The translations under genes were made by a program, and so were the position numbers. The notes beneath the pieces are model-generated. The model searched no databases. It was given only the letters and a program-made list of their open reading frames with translations, and was not told where the DNA came from. This document shows, in pieces, positions 39,345-55,181 of a stretch of 64,000 nt of DNA. Location: contig OX597822.1 of the NCBI GenBank assembly GCA_951406725.2, positions 69,564,001 to 69,628,000 of the forward strand, given 5' to 3'. The first letter of the stretch is position 1. The number at the start of each line of letters is the position of its first letter. Origin of the DNA: Octopus vulgaris. Taxonomy: Eukaryota.

Positions 39345-40850
39345 GCAAGACCACTGCAGTTCCTCTTTCAGAGCTTCCTTGCAGCTGGCAAACTTCCAGG
39401 AAAACTGAAGGAAGGTAAAATATGCCCCATTCATAAAGGAGGTAGCAGAGCGGAAGCCAAGAACTATAGACCTATCTCTCTGACCTCACACATCAGCAAG
39501 GTCATGGAACGAATAGTCAGAAGGAAGCTGATCACCTTCCTTGAAGAGAATGACTTGCTGCCCGACACCCAACATGGTTTCCGACCAGGGAGAAGCTGTT
39601 TAACTCAGCTCCTACAACACTATGACTGGGTGCTGAAACGGCTGCTCAACCACTCAAATGTGGAAGTGATATATCTCGACTTTGCAAAGGCCTTTGATAA
39701 AGTCGATCATGGAATGATATGTCACAAACTGCGTGATCTCAACATAGTTGGAAAACTGGGAGAATGGCTTCATGACTTTCTGAAGGATAGAAGTCAGGTG
39801 GTAGTAGCCAATGGGGCCACCTCCATTAACACACAAATAGTGAGCGGTGTTCCGCAGGGCACTGTTCTGGGACCACTACTGTTCATAATGGCCCTCTCAG
39901 ACATGCCCTCAGCCATGCAGAGAGCCACGATCACAAGTTATGCAGATGATACAAAAGTTTCACAGGCAATACAGAACCCTGAGGACACTAAACACCTGCA
40001 ATGTGAGCTGGACGAAATATACAAGTGGGCTGAAAAGAATAGCATGCAGTTCAATGCTAGAAAGTTTCAAGCTTTATACTATCAGCATGCAAAACTGAAT
40101 GCAATACCCAATGAATACACTGGACCCGGAGGGATTGCAATCCCAGAGGCACAATCAGTGCGTGACCTGGGTATTCACATGAGTGATGACGCGACCTTTC
40201 ATGTACATGTTGCTAAACTGACAATGAAATGTAGACGGCTGGCTGGATGGATTCTTAGAACCTTTAGAACAAGAGAACAAGAAACCATGATGGTCCTCTG
40301 GAAGACACTTGTCCTAAGCCACTTTGACTATTGCTCTCAGCTATGGTCACCATCCAGTGTCAAGTTGATCACAGAACTTGAGGCGATCCAACGAAGCTAC
40401 ACAAAGAAGATAGCCTCTATGCAGAATGTAAGCTACTGGGAAAGACTCAAGAGATTAAAATTATATTCCCTGGAGCGTAGGCGGGAAAGATATGCCATAA
40501 TATACATCTGGAAGATCCTGGAGGGAAGTGTCCTGAACTTTGGCATCGAGAGTTACGCAAATGCCAGAACTGGGCGCCACTGCGTGGTGCCTAGGACTCC
40601 AAACCTGCCATCAAGATGTAGGACAAGATTCTGTGATAGCCTGGGCTTCCGAGGCCCACAGCTCTTCAATATCCTCCCGAAGAACCTGAGAGACCTGCAT
40701 GGGGTGGATACAGATGTCTTTAAAATGAAGCTGGATCTCTTCCTGTCAGGTGTCCCAGATGAACCAACTTCACGGCAGGAGGGGCAGATGAGGGCAGCTG
40801 CATCGAACTCTCTCATGCACCAAATAGCAGCTGCTAGAAAGCCTCCATGA
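39345..40850 (+). CDS. LINE ORF2 reverse transcriptase, 5'-truncated but uninterrupted (~500 aa)
   Basis: [50 protein letters not shown]. The upstream part of the listed ORF is microsatellite read-through. Confidence 0.85.
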   Translation, partial: ARPLQFLFQSFLAAGKLPGKLKEGKICPIHKGGSRAEAKNYRPISLTSHISKVMERIVRRKLITFLEENDLLPDTQHGFRPGRSCLTQLLQHYDWVLKRLLNHSNVEVIYLDFAKAFDKVDHGMICHKLRDLNIVGKLGEWLHDFLKDRSQVVVANGATSINTQIVSGVPQGTVLGPLLFIMALSDMPSAMQRATITSYADDTKVSQAIQNPEDTKHLQCELDEIYKWAEKNSMQFNARKFQALYYQHAKLNAIPNEYTGPGGIAIPEAQSVRDLGIHMSDDATFHVHVAKLTMKCRRLAGWILRTFRTREQETMMVLWKTLVLSHFDYCSQLWSPSSVKLITELEAIQRSYTKKIASMQNVSYWERLKRLKLYSLERRRERYAIIYIWKILEGSVLNFGIESYANARTGRHCVVPRTPNLPSRCRTRFCDSLGFRGPQLFNILPKNLRDLHGVDTDVFKMKLDLFLSGVPDEPTSRQEGQMRAAASNSLMHQIAAARKPP

Positions 40851-40938
40851 AGTGAAACCAAGTAGCAACACAAAATGGCGGTGCCCCAGCATGGCCACAG
40901 CTCATAAGCTGAAACTAGAATCAATCAATCAATCAATC
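39345..40938 (+). mobile_element. 5'-truncated CR1/L2-group LINE, (AATC)n tail, in (TA)n array
   Basis: Uninterrupted RT frame, 3' UTR hairpin and tail repeats. Confidence 0.95.
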
Positions 40939-40939
40939 A

Positions 40940-42425
<1,486 letters not shown>

Positions 42426-42572
42426 TACGATGGCGAACTGGCCGAAACTTGGAAGTTACTGTTACCCTTATTTTTGTAAAAGTTTAATTACATGTATTCT
42501 GAAGTGTTTTGCGTAATTCTTCAGTTTAATGTTAAATTGTTTCATTATAAATAACTTGATATAAAAACAAGA

Positions 42573-42650
<78 letters not shown>

Positions 42651-42664
42651 GTTGCTAGCTAACC

Positions 42665-42743
<79 letters not shown>

Positions 42744-42744
42744 C

Positions 42745-42784
<40 letters not shown>

Positions 42785-43451
42785 ATGCTGCTATGCTGTA
42801 ATACGTCATAGCGCACGACCTAGAGGTAAATTGTTGAGCCCACGATTTGGCGATCGTGGGTTCGACTGGGCGGCGTTTTGTGTTTTTGAGCAAAGTACTT
42901 CATTTCACGCTATTCTAGTGCCGTGTGGAGAACGGTATGCCAAAGAACAGACCCAACTTTTTTCTCTGTGTGTCGTAAAAGTCGACTGAAAGTAGTTGGG
43001 AGTAGGATCTGCACTCCAGCCTCGTAACACCCTCACCAGCAAAACTACCCAAACCGACACATGATTTGGAAGGTTGTCGCCTAAGTGGTGCGAAGGCATT
43101 ATCCACAAAGCGTAGTAGGTATCACTAATAAATGGGTGACGCAGCGACGCGTTATTAAAATGCATTCCGCCATACTACTACTGCTGTATGGTTCCTCGAA
43201 CTTGCCGTCTTGTGATTTACTTTACACATGACTTAGTTTAACGTTTAACAATAGATACACCACTTGATACACCGGTTTATGCTGGAGTGCAAAATACAGA
43301 TATACACACATACAAATACAACGAGCTTTCTCACGCTTCCTGACAAAAAAATTCTCACAACGTGTGTGTCAAAGCGAGACTAATAACAAGAAACTTTGTG
43401 TGGAGCAGAGAAATCGAATCAAGTAGAGTACATGATTGCGAAGCGAACTTT

Positions 43452-44015
43452 TAAACTACGCGGCTTCGGTGTGGGTGTGCATATATAAATGTGTGTGTGT
43501 GTGTGTGTGTGGATGCCGAAACTTTGCCGTTTTTGTGGTTTGTCAATATTATTTATTATTTATGCGCCCTTTTCAAGCCTAGCCAGGCTCATGGGCCCGG
43601 TTTCCAGGTTTCTGTGGAGTATGTGTTTCCCCCCAACTGGACGGGACGCCAGTCCATCGCAGCGTTACTCAAGAAATAGGAAGAAAGAGTGAGAGAAAGT
43701 TGTGGCGAAAGAGTACAACAGGGGTCACAGTCATCCCCTGCAGGAGCCTCGTGGAGCTTTAGGTGTTTTCTCTCAATAAACACACACAACGCCCGGTCTG
43801 GGAATCGAAACTGCGATTCTCAGACCGCGAGTCCGCTGCCCTAACCATCGCGCCTCCACAGTTTATCAATATTACATACCTGAATGGAACCGAGGGCAAT
43901 ATTGATATTGATATAATATTGATAAACCACAAAAACGGCAAAGTTTCGGCATCCACACACACACACACACACACACATTTATATATGCACATCCACACCG
44001 AAGCCGCGTAGTTTA
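43452..44015. repeat. 100-bp fold-back inverted duplication
   Basis: 43452-43551 vs 43914-44015 are near-perfect reverse complements. Confidence 0.88.
43562..43859 (-). mobile_element. SINE head B + tail 4, 14-bp TSD
   Basis: TSD GTTT(G/A)TCAATATTA at 43538-43551 and 43861-43874. Confidence 0.85.
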
Positions 44016-44017
44016 GA

Positions 44018-44162
44018 AGATTAAAAAGCTTCTAAATAGATGGAAGGACGTCATAGATAATCAAGAAAAATACATTGATTATTAAATTTCAATTAAATAT
44101 AACTTTTAATCACTTGTTTTCTTTATTCAAAATTCGGACAGAACTTATGGGATGACCTGATA
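44018..44162 (+). mobile_element. Mariner 3' end fragment
   Basis: IKKLLNRWKDVIDNQEKYIDY* followed by TIR-like GAACTTATGGGATGACCTGA-TA. Confidence 0.65.
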
Positions 44163-44176
44163 TATATATATATATA

Positions 44177-45356
44177 CACAGTGGGGTGAATATATTGCCG
44201 AAATTACGCAAAAATGAAAATAACACTGACATCTCATTTTAACCAAAATTACACGAAGATATCTTGAAATATAAAGAGTAAATTTATTCAATAACATCGC
44301 CATTAGCTTCAACCACGGCCTCCGGACGACTTCAGGATCCTCTGAAACTCTTCTGTATGGCCTCCTTGTTTAAGTTGGTGAACGCTGCCGTAATCCTTGC
44401 CTTCAGTTCATCTTTGGTGTTACAAGGAGTGTTGTTGATCTCTCACTCAACTGCTCCCAACACACAATAATCAAGGGGGTTGCAGTCTAGAGAGTTAAGT
44501 GGCTAGGTGATAGGGGTGACGCGGTCACATAAATTGTCTGACAGCCATGACTGGTTTCTCATGTTTGTATGGTATGGTGCAGAGTCGTGTTGCCAGACAT
44601 AAGGTCTTCCAGCAGCCACCCTCTTGACCCAGGGCAGCACTACCTCCTCCAGGCATTTGATGTAGGCCTCCGTGTAGAGTCTGAGACTGTGTGGGAAGAT
44701 GAATAGAAGATGAATAGTAAACACTCTAAACACCATAATGTTGACTGGATGTTTGATTTTTATCACTTTCAGTACATGTTTTGGATACACGGCAAGCGAA
44801 CGGTTGTTCTCTCTGTTCACCATCTGATCCTGGAGAAATTTTTTCTCGTCTGAGAAAAGCCAAAGCAAGTTGGGTTGGTGCGGATGCTTGAGTTTGTTCA
44901 AAAGCTTCGTAGCACAGTCTTTCCTCTTGTCCTTGATGGCTTGGGATAAAAAATTGGCCCTCTCTCATCTTGTATGAGGAATACCGAATGTTTTCATGCA
45001 CTACCTACCTGATAAGAAACTCAGACACTCCCATGTCGCTGGTGATGGACCTGATTGACTTAGAAGGATCGCTGTCAATCATGGCCTGGATCTCACCAAC
45101 AAAATTAGGAATTCTTTTCTTATCAGAACTATCAGAGTGAGTTTTCGTATGGGAGCTTCCAGCGCGAATGCCAAGTAATACGGCATGTCGTTTCCAAATT
45201 TCTGGCAGAGTGAATTGCGTCATGATGCTGTTTTGTTCTCACAGACGATGCCCAACTGACCCTACAGTACTGAGTAGTCCGCAAAATCAAATACAAACAA
45301 TGCACATGCACGCAATTAAAAATATAAAATGGCAACAATTTACCCATCACACCCTG
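44177..45356 (-). mobile_element. maT-type (DD37D) Tc1/mariner transposon, decayed
   Basis: WLFSDEKKF and VWQHDSAPYH motifs, TIR ending CACCCTG-TA, frameshifts. Confidence 0.88.
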
Positions 45357-45358
45357 TA

Positions 45359-45424
<66 letters not shown>

Positions 45425-45702
45425 CAGGGTGAGGTGAATAAACTATCGGCGAAATTGCGCAAAAATGAAAATAACACTATCTCATTTTAACAGATATATC
45501 TATCAAGATTACATAAAAATATCTTGAAATAGGCGCAGGAGTGGCTGTGTGGTAAGTAGCTTGCTAACCAACCACATGGTTCCGGGTTCAGTTCCACTGC
45601 GTGGCATCTTGGGCAAGTGTCTTCTGCTATAGCCCCGGGTCGACCAATGCCTTGTGAGTGGATTTGGTAGACGGAAACTGAAAGAAGCCTGTCGTATATA
45701 TG

Positions 45703-45737
<35 letters not shown>

Positions 45738-46733
45738 ATGCGTGTTTGTGTGTCTGTGTTTGTCCCGCTAACATTGCTTGACAACCGATGCTGTTGTGTT
45801 TACGTCCCCGTCACTTAGCGGTTTGGCAAAAGAGACCGATAGAATAAGTACTGGGCTTACAAAGAATAAGTCCCGGGGTCGATTTGCTCGACTAAAGGCG
45901 GTGTTCCAGCATGGCTGCAGTCAAATGACTGAAACAAGTAAAAGAGTAAAAGAGTACTAAAGAGTAAATTTATTCAATAAAATCGCCATTGGCTTCAACT
46001 ACGGCCTCCAGGCGACTTTGGGATCTCCTGCAACTCTTCTGGATCGCCTCCTTGTTTAAGTTGGTGAATGGTGCCATAATCCTTGCCTTCAGATCATCTT
46101 TGGTGTTACAAGAAGTTTTGTTGGTCTCTCGCTCAACTGCGCCTCGCACATAATAATCAAGGGGGTTGCAGTCTGGTGAGTTAGGTGGCCAGATGGTAGG
46201 GGTAATGTGGTCGCAAGAATTATCTGACAGCCATAACTGGGTCCTCGCGCGTGTGTGACATGGCGCAGAGTCCTGTTGCCAGACATAGGATCTTCCAGCA
46301 ACCACCCTCTTGACCCAACAGCACTACCTCCTCCAGGCACTTGATGTAGATTTCCTTGTTGAGACTGAGGCAGTGTGGGAAGATGAATGGAAGCATAACG
46401 TCGCCATCACTAGTGATCACTACAAACACCATGATGTTGATTGGATGTTTGATTTTTATCACTCTCGGTACATGTCCTCCGATTGCAGTGTCCTCAGATT
46501 GACACCCATATGCTCTGAAATGTTCGTATTTGAGCTTCCGGTACGAATGCCAAGCAGTACAATATGTTATTTTCAAATTTCTGACAGAGTGGATCGGGTC
46601 ATGGTGCTGTTTTTCTCACAGACGATGTCCAACTAACCCTACTATACTGTGTAATCGACAAAATCAAAAACAAACAATGAGCATGCGCGAAATTAAAAAT
46701 ATAAAATAGTGACAATTTACCCATCGCACCCTG
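45425..46733 (-). mobile_element. Second maT (DD37D) copy, internally deleted, SINE-interrupted
   Basis: QQD-x37-D with WPPNSPDCNPLDY. TIRs CAGGGTG...CACCCTG with TA flanks. Confidence 0.9.
45531..45968 (+). mobile_element. SINE family A inserted in maT
   Basis: Matches family A. The empty site is visible in the neighbouring copy (GAAATATAAAGAGTAAA, ~44266). Confidence 0.88.
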
Positions 46734-46756
46734 TATGTATATATGTACGTGTGTGT

Positions 46757-46787
<31 letters not shown>

Positions 46788-46820
46788 ACTTGTGTCGCAT
46801 TTTTCTCGAGACTAAATTTT

Positions 46821-47467
46821 GGATCTTTTCCTTTTGAACAGCAGACAATTTCTAGTTAACTAAACACTTTAAAACTTCGTATACTGGTAGAATGTGTCAA
46901 AATAAAACATTTTTTTCTCTTGGCTTTCTTGAGAAAATTGTAATTTGTTTGTTTAACGTAGTTTAATTTTTCGAATTTTAACCAATCCTATGCTCTCTTA
47001 TGAGCTAAAATCATTTGCTGCATCTAAAACTGAGACAGCATTCTGTAACTAACCCTAAACCTCCTCCAAAACCCTAATCCTAACCCTAATTTTTTTTTTC
47101 TTAATTGTTAAATTAATTTAATTGTTACGCGTGTAAAAAAAAACTAAAGCAATGGAATTAAATTAATTTAACAATTAAGAAAAAAAAATTAGGGTTAGGT
47201 TTAGGGGGCAGGTTTAGGGTCAGTTACAGGATGTTGTCTCAGTTTTAGACGCAGCAAATGATTTTAGTTGAATGGAGGTAATCGATTGGTTAAAATTGCC
47301 AAAATGCTCGGATTTTCAGACGAAATATCTTACAAACTATAGAATTTTCTCAATAAAACCAAGAGAAAATGATGTTTTATAAACACATTCTACCAGTATA
47401 CGAAGTTTAAAAGTGTTTAGTTAACAAGAAATTATGTTGACATCTGCCGTTCAAAAGGAAAAGATCC
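46821..47467. mobile_element. Foldback MITE with long TIRs and 8-bp TSD
   Basis: GGATCTTTTCCTTTTGAAC...GTTCAAAAGGAAAAGATCC. TSD TAAATTTT at 46813-46820 and 47468-47475. Internal TAACCC motifs. Confidence 0.88.
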
Positions 47468-48382
47468 TAAATTTTTAGTGGATGTTTAACACCGAAAATG
47501 TCTGTGGTTAAGATATATGGCTCACAATCGTAAGGTCGTGAGTTCGATTCCCGGCGGCATGTTGTACCCTTGGGAAAGACACTTTATTTTACGTTGCTCC
47601 ATTTCATTCAGCTGGTAAGAAAAAAAAATTAGTAGTATCTGTATTTCAAAGGGCCAACCTTGTAACATTCTTTCACGCTGAATCACTGTAAAAACTACGT
47701 GAATAGTGCGCGGGGCTTTGGAGTGTCACTTGCATGATAATTTCTGTTCCGTACAAACAGACGGAGAACCAGTAAAGTTCTCTATATTTGAGAGCTTTAG
47801 CTGTCGAGATAAGTTGAAAATCGAAATAGGTCTAGTGTCACGCTTGTTTATTTTCTTTTTTTCTTTCTTTCTTTTTTTTGTGTGTGTATGAAGGCTGGTT
47901 CTGTTCCGGTAGTTTTTTGAATGGGCTCATCACGCAAACGTCATCAAAAGCATTTGAGGAATTCTATTGGTTATTTTTTTTTATCTTTTCTTTCCTTTTT
48001 TTTTTTTTTTTTTTTTTCCTTTTTCCTTGTTCTGTTTCTTGCACCAATCAATTTGACGATTTGTCAAAAGAAGCTCCTGGTTAGTCTCTTAGTGATATCA
48101 TTACTCAATTTAGAAGATCCGGTTGGTGTTTCTGAAGACTTCTCAACTGGAAAACAATGAGCCTCAGTTTCATATTCTGGGTGGCGATCCTCTGCATACC
48201 TGCTCGATACGTTTTTATAGTTTTTTTGTGTTTTTTTCATTTGTCCATATCTGGCCTGTAGTTTTATCAGAACAAACATAACGTGGAGAGATTAAGAATG
48301 TTAGTGGTTTACAGTACAATACAACTAAATACGTCTAAATATTCCCTTTTCGAATTATATATCTAGTATTAGGATCTTGTGA

Positions 48383-48702
48383 GAAGGCGCATGGCTCAGT
48401 TGTTAGAGCGTCGAGCTTACAATCGTAGGTTGTGAGTTCGAATCCCGACCGGGCTGCGTGTTGTGTTCTTGAGCAAGAAACTTTATTTCACGTTGCTCCA
48501 GTTCACTCAGCTGTAGAAATGAGTTGCGACATCACAGGTGCCAAGTTGTATCTGCTGTTACCTTTCCCTTGGATAACACTGGTGGCGTGGAGAGGGGAGG
48601 CCGGTATGCATGGGCGACTGCTGGTCTTCCATAAACAACCTTGCCTGGGAGGGTAACTTTCTGGGTATAACCCTATGGTCAGTCATGACCGAAGGGGGTC
48701 TC
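48383..48702 (+). mobile_element. SINE head C + tail 2
   Basis: Tail matches 6722-6920. Confidence 0.82.
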
Positions 48703-49153
48703 AATTAGGATCTTGTATTTGTTAGTTATGAATAGTGATTCCGATTCTCAAAGCATGTTTTGTTTGCCTTATGTTGACTTCGTTACAGTCATTTCATATA
48801 TTAGAATAAAGTTTTGACAAACAGAGGAAGTGACTTTTTTTTTATTTTCTATTCTTTTTAAGCATAGATTTGTCTTTATTTAAATTTATGTATCTTCTAG
48901 AAGATTGGTTCAGGTTCCACAGTTAAGTCACACGTTTTGAGCAATGGAGTTGTGCTTTGATAATCTAACATGAGTATGTAATTTGTTTATGGATTTTGGT
49001 ACTCTTGCCAATGATGCCATCTCCGTGAACAGCCCGTAACCTTCTGGGCATTAATTTCGGACCGGCGCTCGTGTGTGTCTGTGTGTGTGTGTATGTCTGC
49101 GTGTGTGCATGTGTGCATGCGTATGTATGTATATACATATACGTATGTGTGTG

Positions 49154-49196
<43 letters not shown>

Positions 49197-49213
49197 ATAT
49201 ATATATATGTGTG

Positions 49214-49307
<94 letters not shown>

Positions 49308-49821
49308 ATCCAAACATGAACAAAGAGAAAATACAACAACGCGAGGACGTGGAACAAGTATAGTGTTCTTGGACGCTCAGGAAAGGAAAGAAAGAAGGAG
49401 GATTTAACGTTTCCATCTTTTCGCAAACATATCTCGTGACAGACACCTCTTCTCCAGCCTGATCTTACTACCGAGATGGTAACTGAAAAAGTTAACCAAC
49501 CCCTGGCCGGATACAAAGGTACCTGTCACTATACCTTTCATACCCGTCTTCCATACTGTTTCTTTCAGTATGGCTACTACGCAGGAAAAGCAAGCCTTCC
49601 CTTACCACACAGCCACTCCTAAGGAAAAAAGAAAACCTTTGTTGCAGCGCACCTAATTAGTGATCAATGCGAGCAACATATAACAAAAGACCAAAGTGGA
49701 GGGCATATTTTCGTAGGTCAAGTTCCTTTATCATGGGAATACAAAATACATAAAAATTCATCGAGTTGTTAGGTTCCAAGCGCTCCAGTATTGCAATCCA
49801 AACGAAAGCGGTAATACAAAA

Positions 49822-49903
49822 TCTTACGATCGTTTTGAGGAATGCGTTTGTATTAGGCGAGTTTTCCAGTCGATACAAATAGTCGCATTTCTCTCATCAG
49901 AGA
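49822..49903 (-). ncRNA. Hammerhead ribozyme with long stem II, G12>A
   Basis: TCT-CTGATGA-GAGaAATGCG...CGCATTcCTC-AAAA-CGATCG-TA-AGA. Palindromic stem III ACGATCGT. Confidence 0.65.
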
Positions 49904-50401
49904 ACAAATAAATCAATTAAAATAGTCTAAACATTGAGAAAGCTTAAAATATCTCCTACTTACAGAACTTGAAGTCATATCGAAGCCACATTAAAAAATA
50001 TATATAACATTACTCCTCGACTTCAACCTATCATAGTTTTTATGAAATAAACTTTTTTGACATAATTTTAATAGAGGGGAGTAAAAAAAAACTTTTTTAT
50101 CGATTGATATTTTTATTTGAGTTTATAGTCGCTTGACACGCTTTAGTACTACATTTGGATTGCTTATTTTTAGTCAATTGTATATGCCTTCTTGACAGCA
50201 CATTCTATATATTTGTATGTTTATTTGCAAATATATTTTTTACTTTTTGTGTTTTTATATATGCATTCTTTTGTTCAAAGACATGTTCAAAGACATGGTA
50301 ATATTTATATGTTATCAAATTTGTATGGAAGAGTGGTGCTATATATAGTCATTGACTGGAATTTGATGTTTGTTCTCAAATCAATGTTTTTTTTTAAAAT
50401 T

Positions 50402-50433
<32 letters not shown>

Positions 50434-50439
50434 TGCATA

Positions 50440-50993
50440 CATGGTGGCTGCCCCCTCGTTATCGAGTATGGCCATTGCACGAAGCTTAATCAATGTTGTT
50501 ATCGTGCAATGCCTGTGAAAGAAGATATTTTTTTAAGTCAGGAAAGGATGTGCACTGAGTCAATCCCACTCACTCAGCAACAGCAGCCATAATCCGAAAA
50601 GAAGAACAAGTCAACATCATCGGTAACCACTGAGCCGCAGGTTTTATGTCGGAGTTATCCCAGTTACATTAGTTGCCTTCTCCTAGAAGGATGCCCTGAC
50701 AAAGGCTAGGAGTCCTTCACTCCCAATGGTTTAACTGCGCGATCGGGTATTCAATCCGATTATTTCTATGTCCCCGCGCATGATACAGATTTAAGACATT
50801 TATTGGATGGCCGTTGACTCTCAAGAGTTCCTCCGCCCTTTGATGGGTTTTGTTTTTCATCCCACAGGGTGACCAATAAACACCCTCCACACCAAGCGAG
50901 CTTGGTGGGGTTGCCGGTTTAGTCGCCGACGACCTGACCATGCAACAGGTAGTACTGGGTTAAAGTTACCAGTAGCACTCGAAAGTGACCTGA
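50440..50993 (-). mobile_element. RTE-like non-autonomous/5' UTR fragment
   Basis: Minus strand GGGCATCCTTCTAGGAGAAGGCAACT motif. Flanked by TA/TACA microsatellites. Confidence 0.45.
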
Positions 50994-51138
50994 CATATAT
51001 GCATACATACATACATACATACATACATACATACATACATTCATATGCATATATATGTACAAATGTATATGTACACACATATATAAATGGATACATATAT
51101 ATATACATAAATATATGTATATATATATATATATATAC

Positions 51139-51169
<31 letters not shown>

Positions 51170-51210
51170 CATAAATACATATATATACATATATAAATAT
51201 AAATCTATAC

Positions 51211-51264
<54 letters not shown>

Positions 51265-51269
<5 letters not shown>

Positions 51270-51860
51270 CTTGATTCGACGGTCATTCGGAATGCTCACA
51301 ACAGCCATATTCCTACCACTCTATGTCACGCTGGTGAGACCCATATTGGAGTACGGGATTCAAGCCTCTTCTCCTTATCTCCTCAAAGACATACAGCATC
51401 TCGAAAGAGTCCAGAAGCTGGCTACCCGCATGGTTCATGGTCTCAAAAATTTGTCCTATGAAGAAAGGCTGAGGACGCTCGACCTTTATTCTCTTGAAAA
51501 ACGCCGCCGCCGTGGTGATCTCATTCTCGCCTACAACATCATAAGCGGAAAGTGTAACCTCTCGAAAGAGCTGTTCTTCACTCCTGCTCCAGAGCGTCGG
51601 CTGCGGGGTCATTCCGAAAAGCTCTACCTGCGACGATTTCATCTCAATCGAAGGAGAGGAGCTTTCTCCGTCCGGGTTGCGGATCTGTGGAACAAGCTGC
51701 CAGACGAGATGGTGAAGATGCCGACGACCGCTTTGTTCAAAGCCTCCCTTGACCTCAAGTGGCCTGAACTCATTACATGAACACCACCCTGTACTTAACT
51801 CCATGTCCCCCTACATGGCCTTGCTATTTGCTTTTGAGCCAAATTAACTAACTAACTAAC
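51265..51860 (+). mobile_element. CR1-clade LINE 3' end, (AACT)n tail, in (TA)n
   Basis: [61 protein letters not shown]. Open frame 51265-51780. Confidence 0.92.
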
Positions 51861-51948
51861 ATATATACATACATATATACATACATATATATGTGCAGAT
51901 GTATATATACATATATAAATGCATGCATGCATGCATACATACATACAT

Positions 51949-52003
<55 letters not shown>

Positions 52004-52019
52004 CATACATACATATAAA

Positions 52020-53090
<1,071 letters not shown>

Positions 53091-53456
53091 GATCTATGTC
53101 ATACAAAAGCATTTCACCAAAACCTGGAATTTCTACCTTTATGAGTAGACTGTTACATCCTTGTCTTTCATCCTTTCGGGGTCGATAAATTAAGTATCAG
53201 TTACGCACTGGGGTCGATGTAATCGACTTAATACCTATGTCTGTCCTTGTTTGTCCCCTCTATGTTTAGCCCCTTGTGGGTAATAAAGAAATAGGTATTT
53301 TTGTAAATTTTTGCTATCCTAGTAACTATTAATTTATTTTTTCCACGTTATTTGTAAATATTGAAAAAATACTCATACATTTATATATATATATATATAT
53401 ATATACATATATACATAATATATATATTTATATATGTGTGTGTGTGTTTGTGTTTG

Positions 53457-53534
<78 letters not shown>

Positions 53535-54036
53535 ATGTATGCATGTTTATATGTGAGATAATAGTTTCAGTATTAATAGTGAAACTATTAAAACTGAACG
53601 TATTATCTCACATTACAATAGAGCTGTTAGTGTTTCACTTTTGACACATAATATTAAAAGTGTAAGAGATAAGAGATTGCTCCGGGCTCGCATTAGGCAA
53701 GAAGCTGAAACAATTTTAGGCTCATGACACTGCATGGACCCTAAGAAAGGCATGTGTAAAATTTGAATGAAATCGGTTGGGTAGTTATCGAATTTTAGTG
53801 ATGCACATATACAGACAGACAGACGCACATTCTCATTGAAAAGAATCACAACTACAGGAGCAGTGGTGGCGGTGACAATATCACCGCGTTATGTGTACCA
53901 AAATTTACTGTGGCTGCTTCACTACTACTACAATCATTTCAGCCCTCTCGTCACCACCGCTAACAGCAACTATCCAGCAAATTCGCGTACTTGGTAGTCG
54001 CCTCAGTATATGGGAAAAGCCATGCTTATGATAGTG

Positions 54037-54270
54037 AGGCGGCGAGCTGGCAGAAACGTTAGCACGCCGGGCAAAATGCGTAGCCGTATTTCGTCTGCCG
54101 TTACGTTCTGAGTTCAAATTCCGCCGAGGTCGACTTTGCCTTTCATCCTTTCGGGGTGGATTAAATAAGTACCAGTTACGCACTGGGGTCGATATAATCG
54201 ACTTAATCCATTTGTCTGTCCTTGTTTGTCCTCTCTGTGTTTAGCCCCTTGTGGGTAGTAAAGAGATAGA
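54037..54270 (+). mobile_element. SINE family D monomer
   Basis: Full head and body. Confidence 0.88.
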
Positions 54271-54415
54271 TAGTGAAACCTGAAATCAATTTTTCGTGGT
54301 TGCTGACAAGATTATATGCGTATAGATAGACAGTTTGTGCCATTTATTTCATGGGCTCCTCGTGAGCGTTTGTCAAAAAGCTTGCTGTGCATTTTGTTGG
54401 AGAATTAAGTTCCTG

Positions 54416-54501
54416 ATTTTCCTGAAGAGAAGGCTGCCAAATGGACTCCTTATTCAATCCGAATTAGGGACTTTGCAGCCTTCGAAACATATGTAGAAAA
54501 T
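54416..54501 (+). ncRNA. Intact type I hammerhead ribozyme
   Basis: ATTTTC-CTGAAGA-GAAGGCTGC-N37-GCAGCCTTC-GAAA-CATATG-TA-GAAAAT. Stem I 6 bp, stem II 9 bp, palindromic stem III, GUA site after 54495. Confidence 0.88.
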
Positions 54502-54661
54502 AATAAAAAGGAATTTTGTAAAATCTTCGTTCAGCTCCATTTCTTCCTACACTTGTATATATATATATATGTATGTATATATATATATCTATATATGCAT
54601 ATATATATATATATATATATATATGTGTATGTATGTATGTATGTATATATATATATCTATG

Positions 54662-54872
<211 letters not shown>

Positions 54873-55181
54873 CATACATACATATATATAAGTATGTATG
54901 TAATAATTATTTGATAGGCACAATACATATTTTTATGTGCTATAAATAGTCTCATATGTTGAGAAATACCTCAAACATATTCATCAAGCACAAACAACAT
55001 GCACAACATTCTGTGAACCGTGAAAACATTTTCTGGTACTTACCACCCACATATAATATGTTATAGGCTCGAAACATAAAAGACGTTTTCACTTTCCCGG
55101 GTGTGAAACTAGTACACCTTCTTGTTGTTCATACACCTGTCTTCATCTTTAGTTTTTTCTGTAAATCTCAAGTATATATAT

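Noticed and set aside
47047-47222. Telomeric TAACCC/TTAGGG repeats
   Set aside because: A few scattered motifs inside a MITE, not a telomere array.
48064-48279. 71-aa minus-strand ORF in unique-looking DNA (also 1296-1526)
   Set aside because: No recognisable motif or convincing splice sites; probably decayed TE or noise.
50900-50993. HDV-like or twister ribozyme at the RTE-like 5' end
   Set aside because: Hairpins exist but I could not build the required pseudoknot pairings by eye.
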